NCBI RefSeq assembly: GCF_018977255.1
Contig: NW_024704743.1
Location: 94,800,001 to 94,864,000 of the forward strand
DNA: 64,000 bases
Direction: 5' to 3'
DNA from: Callorhinchus milii
Taxonomy: Eukaryota
In this document: in pieces, positions 36,830-50,057 of the stretch
How the letters are laid out: each line of letters begins with the position of its first letter
Numbering within the stretch: the first letter of the stretch is position 1
Notes under the pieces: generated by a model
The model's input: only the letters and a program-made list of their open reading frames with translations
The model's database searches: none
Told to the model about the DNA's origin: nothing
Made by a program: the position numbers and the translations under genes

Positions 36830-39802
36830 GCCTGAGGGAGAGAGGGGCTTGAGGGCTGATGCCGTCCCACTGATCACTCGCTCCCGGTCTCTGCGTGCGT
36901 GTTTTGGCTGCCACCCCAACCCGAGCCAACCCCTAAATGTCTCTCCTCCCACCGTCCTCTACGTCTAAGGCAAACCCAACTTCCCCCTCTCTCACACGTA
37001 CCCTCCCCAACTCTCCACTCTCCACAACCATCTCTCCTATACACCCCAAAATCCTCTCCGCATCACTCTCTCCTCCCTCCCCCCTCCAGCAAACCCACCC
37101 GGATTTCCCTTCAAAATGTCCGTTCCCTCTCAAACAAAGCCCTCACCATCCACGACCTCATCCTGGACGAGCACCTTGACATCCTTGGGCTCACCGAAAC
37201 CTGGCTCTCCCCCAATGCACCGTACCCCTAGTGGAAGCCTCCCCTCCAGGCTACACTTTCCACCACACCCCCTGTCCAAACCAACGTGGCGGCGGGGTGG
37301 CCCTCATCTTCAAAGCCTCCCTTGGCCCCACCCCCTACTCCTCTGGCTGCTTCCCCTCTTTTGAGCACCTCACCCTTTTCCACCCCTCTCTCCCTTTGAA
37401 AATCCTCCTTGTTTACCGTCCCCCTAAACCTTCCGGCTCCTTCCACACAGACATCTCCACTCTCCTCTCTTTCCTGTCTCTCTGCTCCGAGCGCCTACTC
37501 ATAATGGGCGATTTCAACCTCCACCTAAACTCCCCCTGCACCACTTCTGCTGATTTCACTGCCCTCCTCTCCTCCCTTAACCTTACACTACTTATAAACT
37601 CACCTACCCACAACCGTGGTCATGCACTTGACCTCATCACCACCCACGGCCTTGACATTTCCGACCTTAGCTTAGTGGACAAGGCCATCTCGGACCACTT
37701 TTTCATCTCCTTCTCCTCTCACATCCCTCTCTCCTCCACCAAGCCCTCAACCATCCTCTACCGCCCTTGGAAAAGGCTACCCCCTGAGACACTCACAAAG
37801 GCTCTCTCATCATTAGACATCCTATCCGTCTGGTCTTCCATCCGCGGAGATCCTGAAGCAGCCGTCCAGCTGCTCCATGATCGCCTCTCCTCCACCTTCA
37901 ACTCCCTCGTCCCCCTAAAATCCAGGACCATCTCCAAACCCACCCGATTCCCCTGGTACAACAACCATTTCCGCCGCCAAAAATCTCAAACCTGTTTGCT
38001 CGAGCGCAGATGGCGGAAAACTGGCCTGACAGTTCACCGCCAACTGTGGCTCGAGCATCTCCACAGCTACCACCGTTCTTTGACACGCACAGCCTTTTAC
38101 TCCAACACCATCTTGGAGGCCAAACACAATCCCAAAATCCTTTTTTCCACCACCTACTAGCTCCTCCGTGCCACCCCTCAGGCCTCCTCACTCTTCACAT
38201 CAAATGCCAAGTGCGAGGAGGTCATGGACTTCTTTTCTGCTAAAATGCTGAACATCTGCCAGGCAGCCTCATCCACCTGCCCCTTGTCACCCACCACCAC
38301 ACCCTCTCTACCCCCCTCACCTTCCTCATCATCTTCTCCTACCACCACCCCCTTTCTACACTCTTTCCTCCCCATCTCTCCCTCCTCCCTCTCACCCACC
38401 ATCACCTCCATGAAACCCACAACCTGCTGCTTCGACCCCCTCCCCACCAACTTACTGGTCACCCAGCTACCCCTCCTCTGCCCACTACTGGCTGACATAA
38501 TCAACCAGTCCCTCTCCTCCTTATCAGTCCCTGCACCCTTCAAAACTGCTGTCATCACCCCCTCCTGAAAAAATCCTCCCTAGATCCTTCAAACCCCAGC
38601 CACTACCACCCTATTTCTAACCTGCCCTTCCTCTCAAAAGCTCCAGAACAGGTTGTGGCCAACCAACTCCGCACACACCTCTCCTCCCACTCCCTCTTCA
38701 AACCCCTCCAATCCAGTTTCCGCCCTGCCCACATTACAGAGACTGCGCTTGTGAAAGTCACAAACGGCATCCTCTCTATCTGTGACCAGGGCTCCCTCTG
38801 CCTCCTTGTCCTCCTGGACCTCTCCGCTGCGTTCGACACAGTCGATCACGCCATCCTCCTCCACCGCCTTTCCTCCGTCATCCACCTCAGTGGGACCGCA
38901 CTTACCTGGTTCGAGTCCTACCTCACAAACCGTCAGCAGTGCATCTGCATAAACTGCTTCTCCTCCCGCTCTCACCCAGTCACCTGTGGGGTACCTCAAG
39001 GATCCATCCTTGGCCCCCTCCTCTTTCTGATCTATATGCTCCCTCTTGGGGATGTCATCCACAGACATGGGGTATATTTCCACATGTATGCAGATGACAC
39101 CCAACTCTACTTTTCCACCTCTCTTTGCGACCCCCAGTCCCCTGATGTTCTGTCAGCCTGCCTGTCAGACCTCAGGGGCTGGATGAGCGCAAACTTCCTT
39201 CAGCTGAACGTTGACAAGACAGAAGCCATACTCTTCAGCTCTCGTCAACGTCTAAAATCTCATGGTTCTCACCTCCTCCACCTACCCAACCTCCCCCTAA
39301 AACTCTCCGAACCCGTATGCAACCTGGGCGTCAAGTTCGACCCCCAATTATCCTTCCTCCCCCACATCTGGTCCCTTACCAGCACCGCCTTTTTCCACCT
39401 CCGTCACATCTCCCGTCTCCGCCAATACCTCTCCCCAAAAGCCGCTGAAACTCTGGTCCATGCCTTTGTCACCTCTCAGCTGGACTACTCCAATGCCCTC
39501 CTTGCCGGTCTCCCATCCACTACCATCCATAAAATCCAACTCATTCAGTCCTCCGCTCCACCCTCGGCGGCCGTACCTTCAGCCACTATGCCCCGAGGCT
39601 CTGGAACTACCTTCCTCACTCCCTTCGTCTCGCTCCCTCCCTTTCCATTTTCAGATCTCTGCTGAAGATCTTTCTTTTCGACCGCACCTTTGGTCACCTT
39701 CCCCCCCTTCCCCTGGCTTGGTCCCGGGATCCGAAACTGTGAAGCGCTCTGAGACGCCATCCGGCGTGGAGAGCACTATATAAATCCAAGTTGTTGTTGT
39801 TT
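36830..39802 (+). mobile_element. L2 LINE with nearly complete but disrupted ORF2 (APE endonuclease + RT)
   Basis: Endonuclease motifs LQNVRSL, LTETWL, GDFNLH, LDL and SDHF. RT motifs LLDLSAAFDTVDH, GVPQGSILGPLLF and YADDTQLY. Frameshifts or stops near 37231, 38160 and 38570, an internal deletion near 39550, and a (gtt)n tail. Confidence 0.95.
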
Positions 39803-40724
39803 TCTTGAATAGCATGTTTTCTTGAATTCCTGTTGCAGTTTGAGTTGATCCTAAATTGGTTTCCAGCAGCAACTCTAACCACCAAGAAGAATGTTGTTAA
39901 CATGCCCTCATTCCTACATCCCATGTGAAAGATTTTTTTATATGGAGCAGCAACAACTATTTAGAATATTTTAATTTGCTCCCACAATTTCAACAGTTTC
40001 ATTGAAAGTTTGTGAGCTTACAAGGTAAAAATAGACTAGCAGCAGAGTGAACAATACAGTTCTTCATTGCTATTCTTGAAGTAAACACTTATCGTGTAAA
40101 AGAACATTTCAGATATTTGATTGTTTGTTGAAAAACAACATACACTTCTTGTAAAGTGTGCTCCACAAATAAATATAATAAACTTTGCAGTATTCTGAAT
40201 AATAATAATACTTGTATTTGATGTAGTGCCTTATCACATCTTCGAAACATCTCAAAGCGCTTCACAGATTATACTGTAAAGTGAATTGACTTTATAATTT
40301 GTGGGTAAAATACAGCAGCAAATTGTGCTCAGCAGGGTTGCAAAAATAGTCTTGAAGTCTTTAAAGTGTTACAAATATGATTACTGACATCCAGATGAAG
40401 AATTATTTAATAGATCCAAGTTCAATATACAATTTTTCTGGAAAGCTCTGCTCTTCTAAACTCAACCTGGCATTTGCACAAAGCACTGAATCATATATTT
40501 TTTAATATTATAGAAAAACATGTGTGATTTTTTTAGAAAATGGATGATGGTAGAGAGCCACTTGGGATTCATAGATGTATTTGTGAGTGCAAATTGCACT
40601 GTTCCTGAAACCATTACTTGCAGACGGTGTTGGGAATCGGTCTCTTGTGATTTGCAGTTCCTCAGTCCCTTACTCACTCTATTTATTTTGCTACAATTCT
40701 GGTGGTTTGTTGCCAAATGTTGTT

Positions 40725-41034
40725 GTGGAGTTGTGTAGCTCAGTGGTTAGAACCCTCGCTTTGCAACTGAGAGACCTGGGTTCAATTCCGGCAGGGTGAA
40801 ACCTTGGGCAAGTTTCCTTACTCCACACGCCTGATAATAATCCCTCAAAAAAAGCAATAATAATTTGGTCATTTCAATCCACGATTGTTTGTAGGGTGCT
40901 GCTGTGAGCAATTGGCTGCTGCATTTCGCCCACAAATATACAGTAAATTCACTTTACAGTCTATTCTGTGAAGCGCTTTGAGACGTCTAGAAGACATGAA
41001 AAGCGCTATATCAAATGCAAGGGTTATTATTATT
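40725..41034 (+). mobile_element. tRNA-derived SINE, full length
   Basis: gtggagttgtgtagctcagtggttagaac head and (att)n tail. Confidence 0.9.
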
Positions 41035-41533
41035 AAATGTATGGTATAAATGGAGCACAACTTCTTAAAAAATACATTGGAGTTGTGGATGTTTTAACAA
41101 CTTCGGCCAATGCAGTTTTTGCTGGAAGCATTATTTCAAATTTGTTGAAATGCATAAGTGTTCATCGAAACTGTGCACATATACTGTATAATGATAGGCA
41201 TTTTTTTTGGTCAGCCAAATTGTCTGACACGTGGAAACTCTATACCATACTTAACAGTATCAAAACCAGAATGAGAGTTCCACATAAGCATGCAACTATG
41301 CATGGAAATTTCCTTATGTAAGGAAAGGAGTGTATACTCGTCCTGGAAGGATGTATGGTACTTACCTAACTTCAGAGGTTTGTGCATCAATTCCTTTATA
41401 GCACATTTTAGATGATTGTCTTAAAAAACAATTCATAATGACAGATGCATAATCTTTCGATTACTTAAGTGTAAATGCTGCTAAGATGGGCCTAAAAATG
41501 TATATATTTGGATCTGCTTTTCTTTCACCACAG

Positions 41534-41670
41534 TGAGGAAAGTTTCTTTCCAATCCAATTCTACCACATGTCGCAACTATAAATTGGTACAAACGGCATC
41601 ATTATCTGCCTGTCAAGTTGTTTGGCACATTAATGAACTGGAAGCCAAGATTGAAGAATGGTTCAAGCAG
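41534..41670 (+). CDS. CCDC178: CCDC178 coding exon
   Basis: ccacag|...AAGCAG|gtact, 137 nt, phase 1 to 0. RKVSFQSNSTTCRNYKLVQTASLSACQVVWHINELEAKIEEWFKQ aligns to recalled human HIQDVESKIQEHLKR. Confidence 0.85.
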
Positions 41671-43284
41671 GTACTATTTGGAAAAGCAGAGTTCATTTTG
41701 AAAGTACATTAGTTATCGTGGAATTTTCTGCTGACTAGCTGTAGATTATTTTTCAAAACATCTAGTAATTCACAAACAGTCAATACCTTGTTTGTAAATA
41801 AATTGCACATTAAGGACATATTTTTAAATCAAACATGAAAGAGGACAATTATGGCAACAATTTCTAGAGTAGGAGCTTTTGTTACGGTGCAGTCATTTCT
41901 ATTAATCAAATTTCAGAAAATGTAAACGATTTGTGAGTCCTTAATTCTATTACTAACATGTCTCTGTAAAGGGATTTTAGCTGATCAAAGTTAAGTTGTT
42001 GTCCAAAACTATGATATAGATTAGTGTGTATCTTTCTCTATATAAGAAAAGTCTGATTATTTGTGATCAGACATCCTTGGGACTTCCTCCTGATGTGAAA
42101 GACGCTACACAAATGCAATTTGTTTTTGTTGTAGGTAGAGGTGAGCATGGCTGTGACAGAATGTTTTCACCATAATCCAATGGATGGATCTTTTATCAAC
42201 TGTGACCAATCTGATTTTGTCCAAATTTTCTTAGTACAGTTACAAGCGTAAAGATTTAATTATGGTGGAACCTTGATTATCTATCACAATGCATAATTTA
42301 AGTTGGGAGAAAATTAAGGATACTTGTGCATATATGATACCAGTGTTTCTAAAAAAAACCTGAACATGCTGCTCCTTAATGTTGCAGGTCTGTTCTCTTT
42401 AGTGTAGATGTGAAGTGCAATTTTAGTAATTCTGTAACGGTGAGATATATATATAACGCAGTATATACTTTTCTCTTTCATCTGAAGGATGAAATTGAGC
42501 CAAAAGAAGGATTTTAATATTCATGTCTTGTTCTTGCAGAATGTACACAGCATGAATGTACATACATTTCTTAGTTCTGTTCGTCTTTCAAAAGAATTGC
42601 TTGCATGAAAAAACCTTGAGAACTGTAATTCACAAGCAATAAGAGCATTTAATACATTCTTTCTTTGTGCTTTGTTTGCCTCACCAACTCTGCATCTGTT
42701 CCATTCCACTTGTCTATCCGACTGAGCTCTCAGTAGTTTTGTTGGGCCATGTGTAACAAGAGACCAAGAAGGTGTGTAGGTCTCCATCAATTTGTATTTT
42801 TGCCAAGTGTCTCCTGAGTAGTAACAATCACTCGTTTTGGTGTATTTCATTTTTCAAATTAAAACAGTTTTATATGTTTAAACTCCTTTCGTTTTGAGCA
42901 TATGCTTGTCAACTACTTTCGTTTTTTTTTGTTACTGAATCTATCGGTGTCATTCTGAACTAGATGCCAAAAGGCATGATTTTACCAATGCTCTTTCAAC
43001 AACAAATTTCCATTTATATAGCGCCTTTCATGTCGCCTTTCACCCTGTGCAAGGCACCTGAAGTCTAAATCTCTTCATAGTGTTAGCCTTAAGAAGATTA
43101 GTATCAAACCTTTCTCCCTACTGCTGCATGATACGGTATTATGTTTCACAACCACATTAACACTGATAGTCATTCAAAATATAAACTGAAAACTTGAGGA
43201 TAGGCAGCTCAAAACTGGAACTAGGATCTTAAATTGCAAATAATAATATTTTTTCGAGACCAACTTAAGAACATATAAATTATA

Positions 43285-44110
43285 TAATACAAATTACATT
43301 TATGTAGCGCCTTTCACGTTGGGAGGACGTCCCAAGGCGCTGGACAGTAAGGGATTTGGACTTAAGCTGGGGGTCGGGATCAGGGAGCATGAAAGACAGG
43401 GAGGATAGGAGGATGGCTGAAGGCTCATTCGAAGAGGAGGGTTTTGAGACACCTCTTCAAGGAGGCAAAGGAGGGAACGAGGCATGGAGGTGGGGAGGTA
43501 AGGGTGAGGGAAGGCAGAGGTAGGAGGGCGACCGAAGGCACGATCAAAGAGGAGGGTCTTGAGACCAACCTTGAAGGAGGCAAGGGAGGAAGCGAGGCGA
43601 AGGGACCGTGGGATGGAGTTCCAGAGTGTGGGGGCAGAGAGGCTGAAAACCCGACTACTGATGGTAGGGCGGGTCGGGCGAGAGACATGGAGCAGGCCGG
43701 AGCCCGCTGAACGGAGGCAGCGGGCAGGTTGGTAGGGAGTCAGCAGGTCAGAGAGGTAGGAGGGGGCAAGGCCATGAATGGCTTTGAAAGTGAGGACGAA
43801 GATCTTGGATTCGATCCTCTGAGGGATGGGGAGTCGGGCAAGGGTGGGAGTGATGGGGTCACAGAGTCTGGTGCGCGAGAGTACACGAGCTGCAGAATTT
43901 TGGATGATCTGCAGCTTGTGAAGGGAAGAGTTGGGAAGGCCGATGAGGGAATTTCCATAATCGAGCCTTGAGGTGATGGACGTGGAGGAGGATTTTGAAT
44001 TCTATCCTCTGGGGGATGGGGAACCAGTGGAGCCGGGCGAGGGTGGGGCTGGTGGGGTCACGGAGCCTAGTGTGGGATAGGCACGAGCTACAGAGTTCTG
44101 GATGATCTTA
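43285..44110 (-). mobile_element. L2 3' fragments (compound, with a duplicated segment)
   Basis: L2 tail at 43285-43350. C-terminal ORF2 sequence is repeated at about 43805-43910 and 43993-44108. Confidence 0.8.
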
Positions 44111-44169
44111 TTTCCTGTTTCTTCTTTTTGCTAAAATGTGATTTTATTCATTCTGACCTTTTCTTGTAG

Positions 44170-44237
44170 TTTACAGAATTGAATCAGCCAAAAGCCTACA
44201 ATCTACTTTCCAAAGAACAAAAAGTGACCCCTCTGAG
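44170..44237 (+). CDS. CCDC178: CCDC178 coding exon
   Basis: ttcttgtag|TTTACAGAA...CTGAG|gtgagt, 68 nt, phase 0 to 2, FTELNQPKAYNLLSKEQKVTPL. Open frame and phase-compatible on both sides. Confidence 0.75.
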
Positions 44238-45286
44238 GTGAGTAGAGCAGATAATGACTATTTAGCTCATCGTCGTCCAACTGGCGGGCAGCATCTGGCC
44301 CGGCTGGTGATCTTATCCCTCCCGAGATCATTTCCAGCATTCTAGGGAGGAGGAAGAGTGTGTGTGTGTGAGAGAGAGGTAAGAAAGGGGAAGTGAAAGA
44401 GAGAGACTGTGAGAGAGGGATAGAGAGAGTGATTGAGAGAGGGAGAGATCAGAAAGACATTGAGAAAGAGTGAAAACCTCATCCTTCATTCCACCTCCCA
44501 TCCCACCCTATTTCTGTGACCTCCCGATCTGGCCATTCCCTTTGCAAAGTAAACCCCAGCTTGCTTCATGTCCCCCCACCCCATCACCATTTTGCCCCCA
44601 CTCTCTGGAGTTCCATCCTGGAGGGACAGTTCCATTCCGTCCCCTCGACTCCTTCCCTCCACTCCTTCAAGGCACGTCAAGACCTAACTCTTTGACTACG
44701 CTTTCAGTCATCTTTTCCCTTCCCATCCCAACTCTGTCGGCTCCCACCCCCAGCTCAGGTGCCAAGCTGATAGTGTCAAGATGTCCTTCCAACATGAAAA
44801 AGGCGCTTTGTAAATGTTGTTATGTTTCCGGAAGGGAAACACAAAATATTGCTTATGCAGCCTGCGGGCCTTTCTTAAATAGAGAATCCAGACCTTGGCA
44901 TCCTGATTTAGTTGGTCTAGAAATATAATGGGAGGTATTCCTCATCTGTAAACTTAAAATGGGGAAAGAATAGCCCCTTAGTCCTTGGACTTGAAATGTT
45001 TCATGAGCAAAATGAATTTACTTTGTTTAAAATATTTTTTGAAGAAATGAGAAGCTTTAGAATGGAGACTCCAATTTTGTTATAGCTGTGGAAACATTGT
45101 AAGAAATGTGTAACAATGCGTTTTGCAGTACCAAAACATTATTCTATAGTATTGAAAATCACTTGTGTTCATTGCAGAATGTGTACTAATACACTATAAA
45201 ATTACAGTTAATAAACAGACAAGTTAGATGAACATGATGTGGCTACAGTGTTTGTCAACATTCTGATGCACTACTGTTTTCTATAG

Positions 45287-45360
45287 TGATGCCAAAACTG
45301 ATCAAGGACAAGGGACTTCTACTGAGTTGTGTATTGAGGGCGTAAAACTTATTGCAACAG
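45287..45360 (+). CDS. CCDC178: CCDC178 coding exon
   Basis: ttttctatag|TGATGCC...GCAACAG|gtatgc, 74 nt, phase 2 to 1, DAKTDQGQGTSTELCIEGVKLIAT. Bridges the phases of the flanking exons exactly, but no recognisable homology. Confidence 0.65.
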
Positions 45361-46268
45361 GTATGCTTTTCAAAGTTATAAAGAAACATTTGAATGAGAT
45401 GTGAATAACGAAGTGCTATTTTAATTGAAAATGTAAAAATGTATTTGCTTAGAATATTACAAGGTGCACTAGTCTTATTCTTCATCAAGCTTTGTTTCTG
45501 CTACAAACACTGGATATTTTACAGTTTGCGGTGTTTATTAAAAGCCTATAAATAATTGTACAATTCCGATTTGTCTTTATTAGATAATATATTTCTTTTA
45601 AAATTGTTTTATTTCCAGTTGTCATTTTAGACCTGTTAATTATTTTTGCATTGTGCTATTTATAAAATAGAAATGTGTACAAGGAACATAATTTTTTTAT
45701 TATGGACTAGAGATAATTCAGCTCTTGAAAGCAATTGTATAGAAAAACAAGGATTAAGAAACTAACTGAATCAAGCAGCTATGTATTCAAAAACTTCACT
45801 GCAGTGTTCATGAATTAAATGACTTGAGATTTCATCTGTTTGAACATTTTGATGGATAAAATAAAATTCTTGGTGAATGGGAATGCCGATAACCATTTTT
45901 GGTTATAAATTCTGATTCCTGAAGGGTGATCATGTGATGAGATTTTGGGTTCCTGGCAGAATTGTTTGTATTTACTTGGAAGACGTCTGGGCTCCAGATC
46001 ATTCTGAATTCCTCTTAAACTGACCTCTCAGCAGAGAGTGAGAAAGAGGTGACCGCTTATTATGTATTGTCAGAATGGGAGTTTCAACTTATGGAATTTG
46101 AAATCTAGTAATGAGTAGTTGCAGGGTGAAAATCCGAATCATGACTGCACATGTCTGATTGAAGCCCTTATATTTATGATTAATGTCTTGATCCTACATT
46201 TTTTAATTGATTTAGAGCAAAACTTCTGACTGCCTTTGTAATCACTATGCTTGCTTCTTGTAATACAG

Positions 46269-46472
46269 AAGGCGATCCACTCAGAGCTTTGCATCAGGAA
46301 GCTAGGAGCATCTTATCACAGATGAATGACTTGATCGAGCGACTAGATACTGATCGCGAGGAAGTGGAGAATTCCGTAAAGAAAGAGAAACTGCAGGTGT
46401 CAGCTCTGAAAAAGAAAATTGATAAACTCTCACTCTGGTGGATTAAAAAGCTCCCTGAAGCTGTGCAGAAAG
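46269..46472 (+). CDS. CCDC178: CCDC178 coding exon (coiled coil)
   Basis: aatacag|AAGGC...CAGAAAG|gtatta, 204 nt, phase 1 to 1. LIERLDTDREE...KIDKLSLWWIKKLPEAVQK aligns to recalled human LIKSLETDRAD...KIDSWSVWKLQELPLAVQK. Confidence 0.92.
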
Positions 46473-47571
46473 GTATTAGAACCACAATTCAACCAAAATT
46501 TTATTTTATATGTTCTGGCAAGTATTACAGCCTTGGTGATAACATTGTCAGTGAAAGAACAAACCACAGTAATTTTGTTTTATATGGTTTATTGATGTAT
46601 AGATCATTAAATCTGCTCAATAGCTAAAAACATTACAAGATAATGTAACCACAAATAGTTGTCAGGAGATAATGTAAACAAGAGAATGATTCAAAGTAAA
46701 ACATTAGTGCAGTCATAAAAATGTATCAGAGGCTAAAACATCAGATTGTTTTTTTCATTCTTACTATTTGTTAATTGTTGCTGAATTTTCTTCATAAATT
46801 TCAGGTGGAGGTATTAAGTGGAATTCCAGGGGTTCGTACTGGTATTCCTCCCGTCTCTTGTATCAAGGTTAATGTTTCAAGGTTATTGACCTTGATACTG
46901 AAACCCAGTGGAGATAGTTATATTGTAGATGACACCAAATTGGGGCAACTGTATTACTCTTAAATGTTAATATAACCTCTGGGTAAATAAATATTTTCTG
47001 GATATCTGTTCTGAAATTTCCTTTGCAACTCTAAACCTGTATTTACACATTGAAAGTACACGTTTTTTCCCTTTCTTTCCCATCCCTCACTTTTATGGTT
47101 TATAAATCTCTATTTCTGTTTGCTTTCTCTTTTAAGACATTGCAATGTGGTACAGCTTTTCATTGTGGATTTTGTTCTAACTACTTACAGTTCACTCCTT
47201 GATTAATTGGCTTAAGATCTGTTTTTATGTAGTGGGACTTCCTGCAGGAGCCTCTGACTCCTGAAATCACGCTCTGCTGTCAAACAGTACACCATCCAGC
47301 AACTTGATTAATAATTATAACAGCCACTGAGAGAGGCAAGGCTAGATTTAAGGGTCAGATGATGCTGGAAACGGTGCAGCAACCATAATGTGTTAACCTA
47401 TCCGGAAGATCTAAACCAATTAAGGAGATGGGCCAAGGAGTGGCAGGTTAGGGGAAACAGCTGGAAAGCGGTATTAATAAATAGGGCAACTTAAAATAAA
47501 GGAGGTAATGGTCGAGACAAGATGGTCTGGATGGTACACCTTTGTACTTAAAATGTCTGTTTCAAAGGCAT

Positions 47572-47898
47572 ATTCGATTCACGGGCAGGGCGAAACCTTA
47601 GGCAAGTTTCCATATTCCACACCCCTCTGTTCACCAAGCAGTAAGCCGGAACCTGGTTGTTAATCAATTGGTGAATCGCTTTTCCAGGGGTAATAATCCC
47701 TTTAAAAAAAAATGATTTTTTTCTTTTAAATAATAATTTGGTCACATGACTGTTTGTGGGGCAATGCTATACACAATTGGCTGCTGTGTTTCAATTCATA
47801 TATAGTCAAATCACCTTACAGTATATTCTGTGAAGTGCTTTTAGATGTCTCAAAGATGTGATAAGGAACTATATCAAATACAAGGATTATTATTATTA
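47572..47898 (+). mobile_element. SINE, long subfamily
   Basis: B-box, ctctgttcaccaagcagtaagccggaacc block, and tail. Confidence 0.8.
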
Positions 47899-49356
47899 GA
47901 ACTAGAAATAATAAACACATTGCAGGGGTACATGTTAATAGAGAAGGAAAAGACTAGGTGTGGTTATTCATCTTTGAATCAGTCAATGGGAAGCTGTCAA
48001 TAAACTTAGACTAAGTTAAAAGAACTTATTCAAATCTTGTAGATCATTTTTGAGGTCAGTTCAATACAACTCATCTGCAGTTGGGTTCAAATAGCATGAT
48101 CTTGATGATAATTATTGCAGAAATTGTTTTGACATTATGAGCGATGAGTCAACTAACACCCCTAGGTATTATTTCAGCTTTCCTCCCTGCAAGTTATATT
48201 CTGTCCATGAGCCTCCTATTTTTACTTCTGGAATGTTGTATCTTCATTTATTTGTATTGAACTTCAATTGACAATCATCAACCCATGTACATATATGGTG
48301 ATACCTGTGACGCTTCCTCTATTCCATAACTGCCCCAATTTGGTGTCATCTGCAATATAACTACTTCCACTGGGGCTCTGATTCAAGGTCATTAATATAT
48401 ATTAATACGGGAGAGATTCCAGGAATAATCTCTGAGGTACTCCAGTTAATGCCCCCGCCTGTTTATACCTAGCTCCCCAACAATTACCCTCTACTTTCTT
48501 TCCTGCAATCAATTTTGAATCCATGTCCATGCCTTGCTCTTGATTGCAGAGACTGATATTTGCATATACGTCAAAATCAGTTGCTGATTTAACTCAGTCA
48601 CTATCCCATTGAAGGAGTTCTTAAAGCTAGCTCCAGGATCGAAAAAAAACATGTTTAGTTATAGCCAAGATGACGACACAATTGTTTCCAAATTAGTCAC
48701 ATCTGTTGTGCCACAATTAGGGGAGGGCAAGGTTGGAGGGAAGAGTTCACTTTCATGGCCAGACTTTAGGAATTGATGGAAAATGCAGCATTTTATAACT
48801 AATTAAGTGTGAAACATTGAACCTGCTATGAAATGGTGCACGTTTTCACCCAAGCTGTTTATTTCTCCATCTGATACTTCATATTTTTTTGTTCAGAATT
48901 TTAAAAGAAAATTAATGTTTCTCTGTATTTCTGTTGTATATTGTGCTCTTATCAAGGATTCTGACAATCAACACATTGAAAAATAGTTAAAAGTGGGCGA
49001 ATATATTTGTCTCATGGTTATATTGCACTTGTTTGACCAGATTTCAATCAGCCTCCTTCAGATCATTCTATGGCTCTGAGACTCTACACCGCATGAAGGG
49101 CGCTATAAAAATGCAAGTGTTTGTGTTGTGTGTGGAGGGTAGTCCATCCAGAAATAGCCAGATAACATCTGGGATCTGACTCACTCATGCTCAACTACAG
49201 TTGAGCACATTTTCTTATATAGTATGTTATTGAGTACCACTGCTTGACCCTCCTTCACCACTGGAATTCTGTTGAGAATTTTACAGAAGAGAAGGATCCA
49301 TAAACAGTGTAATAGTGAAACAAGAAAGCTAAGAAGTCTTTTTTTTCCCCCCACAG

Positions 49357-49576
49357 AACATGAAATCTGTGCCCAAGATTTGTGTGAATTACAGTGGCAT
49401 ATTGCAAGTAAAAATGTCACATATCATGTACAAGGAATAAAATCACTACCACAGAAATGATGAACCAGATTGTTGAAGGTGATCTAAACTATTTCAAGAA
49501 AAATAGCCCTTTACTCAAGGAAAAGATGAGATTGGAAGACAAGTTAGCAGAGCAGGCCGAACATGAAGTAAATGAG
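49357..49576 (+). CDS. CCDC178: CCDC178 coding exon carrying an apparent 1-nt deletion (frameshift or assembly error)
   Basis: ccacag|AACATGAA...AATGAG|gtattt. The 5' frame gives EHEICAQDLCELQWH (human EHEAYLSDVIELQWH). A different 3' frame gives IVEGDLNYFKKNSPLLKEK (human IQADIDYMNEHGPLLDSK). The exon is 220 nt where 221 is needed for phase 1 to 0. Confidence 0.85.
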
Positions 49577-49696
49577 GTATTTAACACAGACTTTATTCAT
49601 GTCTCATAAAATGTTTACTTCTATCTTAAGATGTCTTAGTATGTCACAGGCAACGCACTTCTATTGTATGTTGATTTATGTTTATCCTGTATTTAT

Positions 49697-50057
49697 GTGA
49701 TCCTGTAGCAAAGTGGTTAGGGCATTCGTCTCATAAGCAAGAGGACCCGGTTTGATTCCCGGGTGGGGTGAAACCTTAGGCAAGTTTCCTTACAGCACGG
49801 CTCTGTTTACCTAGCAGTAAATAAGAAAACGGTTTTTAGTTGATTGGCGGATCGCTTTCTGGGAGTAATAATCTTTCCAAAAATAATAATTTGGTCACTC
49901 AATCATGACTGTTTATGGGACACTCCTGTGCGCAATTGGCTGCTGCATTTCGCCCACAAAATATACATTCACTACACTTTACAGTATGTTCTGTGAAGTG
50001 CTTTGAGACGCCTCAAAAACATCATAAGGCGCTATATCAAATGCAAGGATTATTATT
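49697..50057 (+). mobile_element. SINE, long subfamily
   Basis: cctgtagcaaagtggttaggg head, ctctgtttacctagcagtaaataag block, and tail. Confidence 0.85.

Noticed and set aside
46216..46268. Upstream in-frame acceptor and ORF 46247-46627 as a stand-alone gene
   Set aside because: 46225-46268 looks like branch point and pyrimidine tract. The 45287-45360 exon already reconciles the phases, and homology stops at the 46472 donor.
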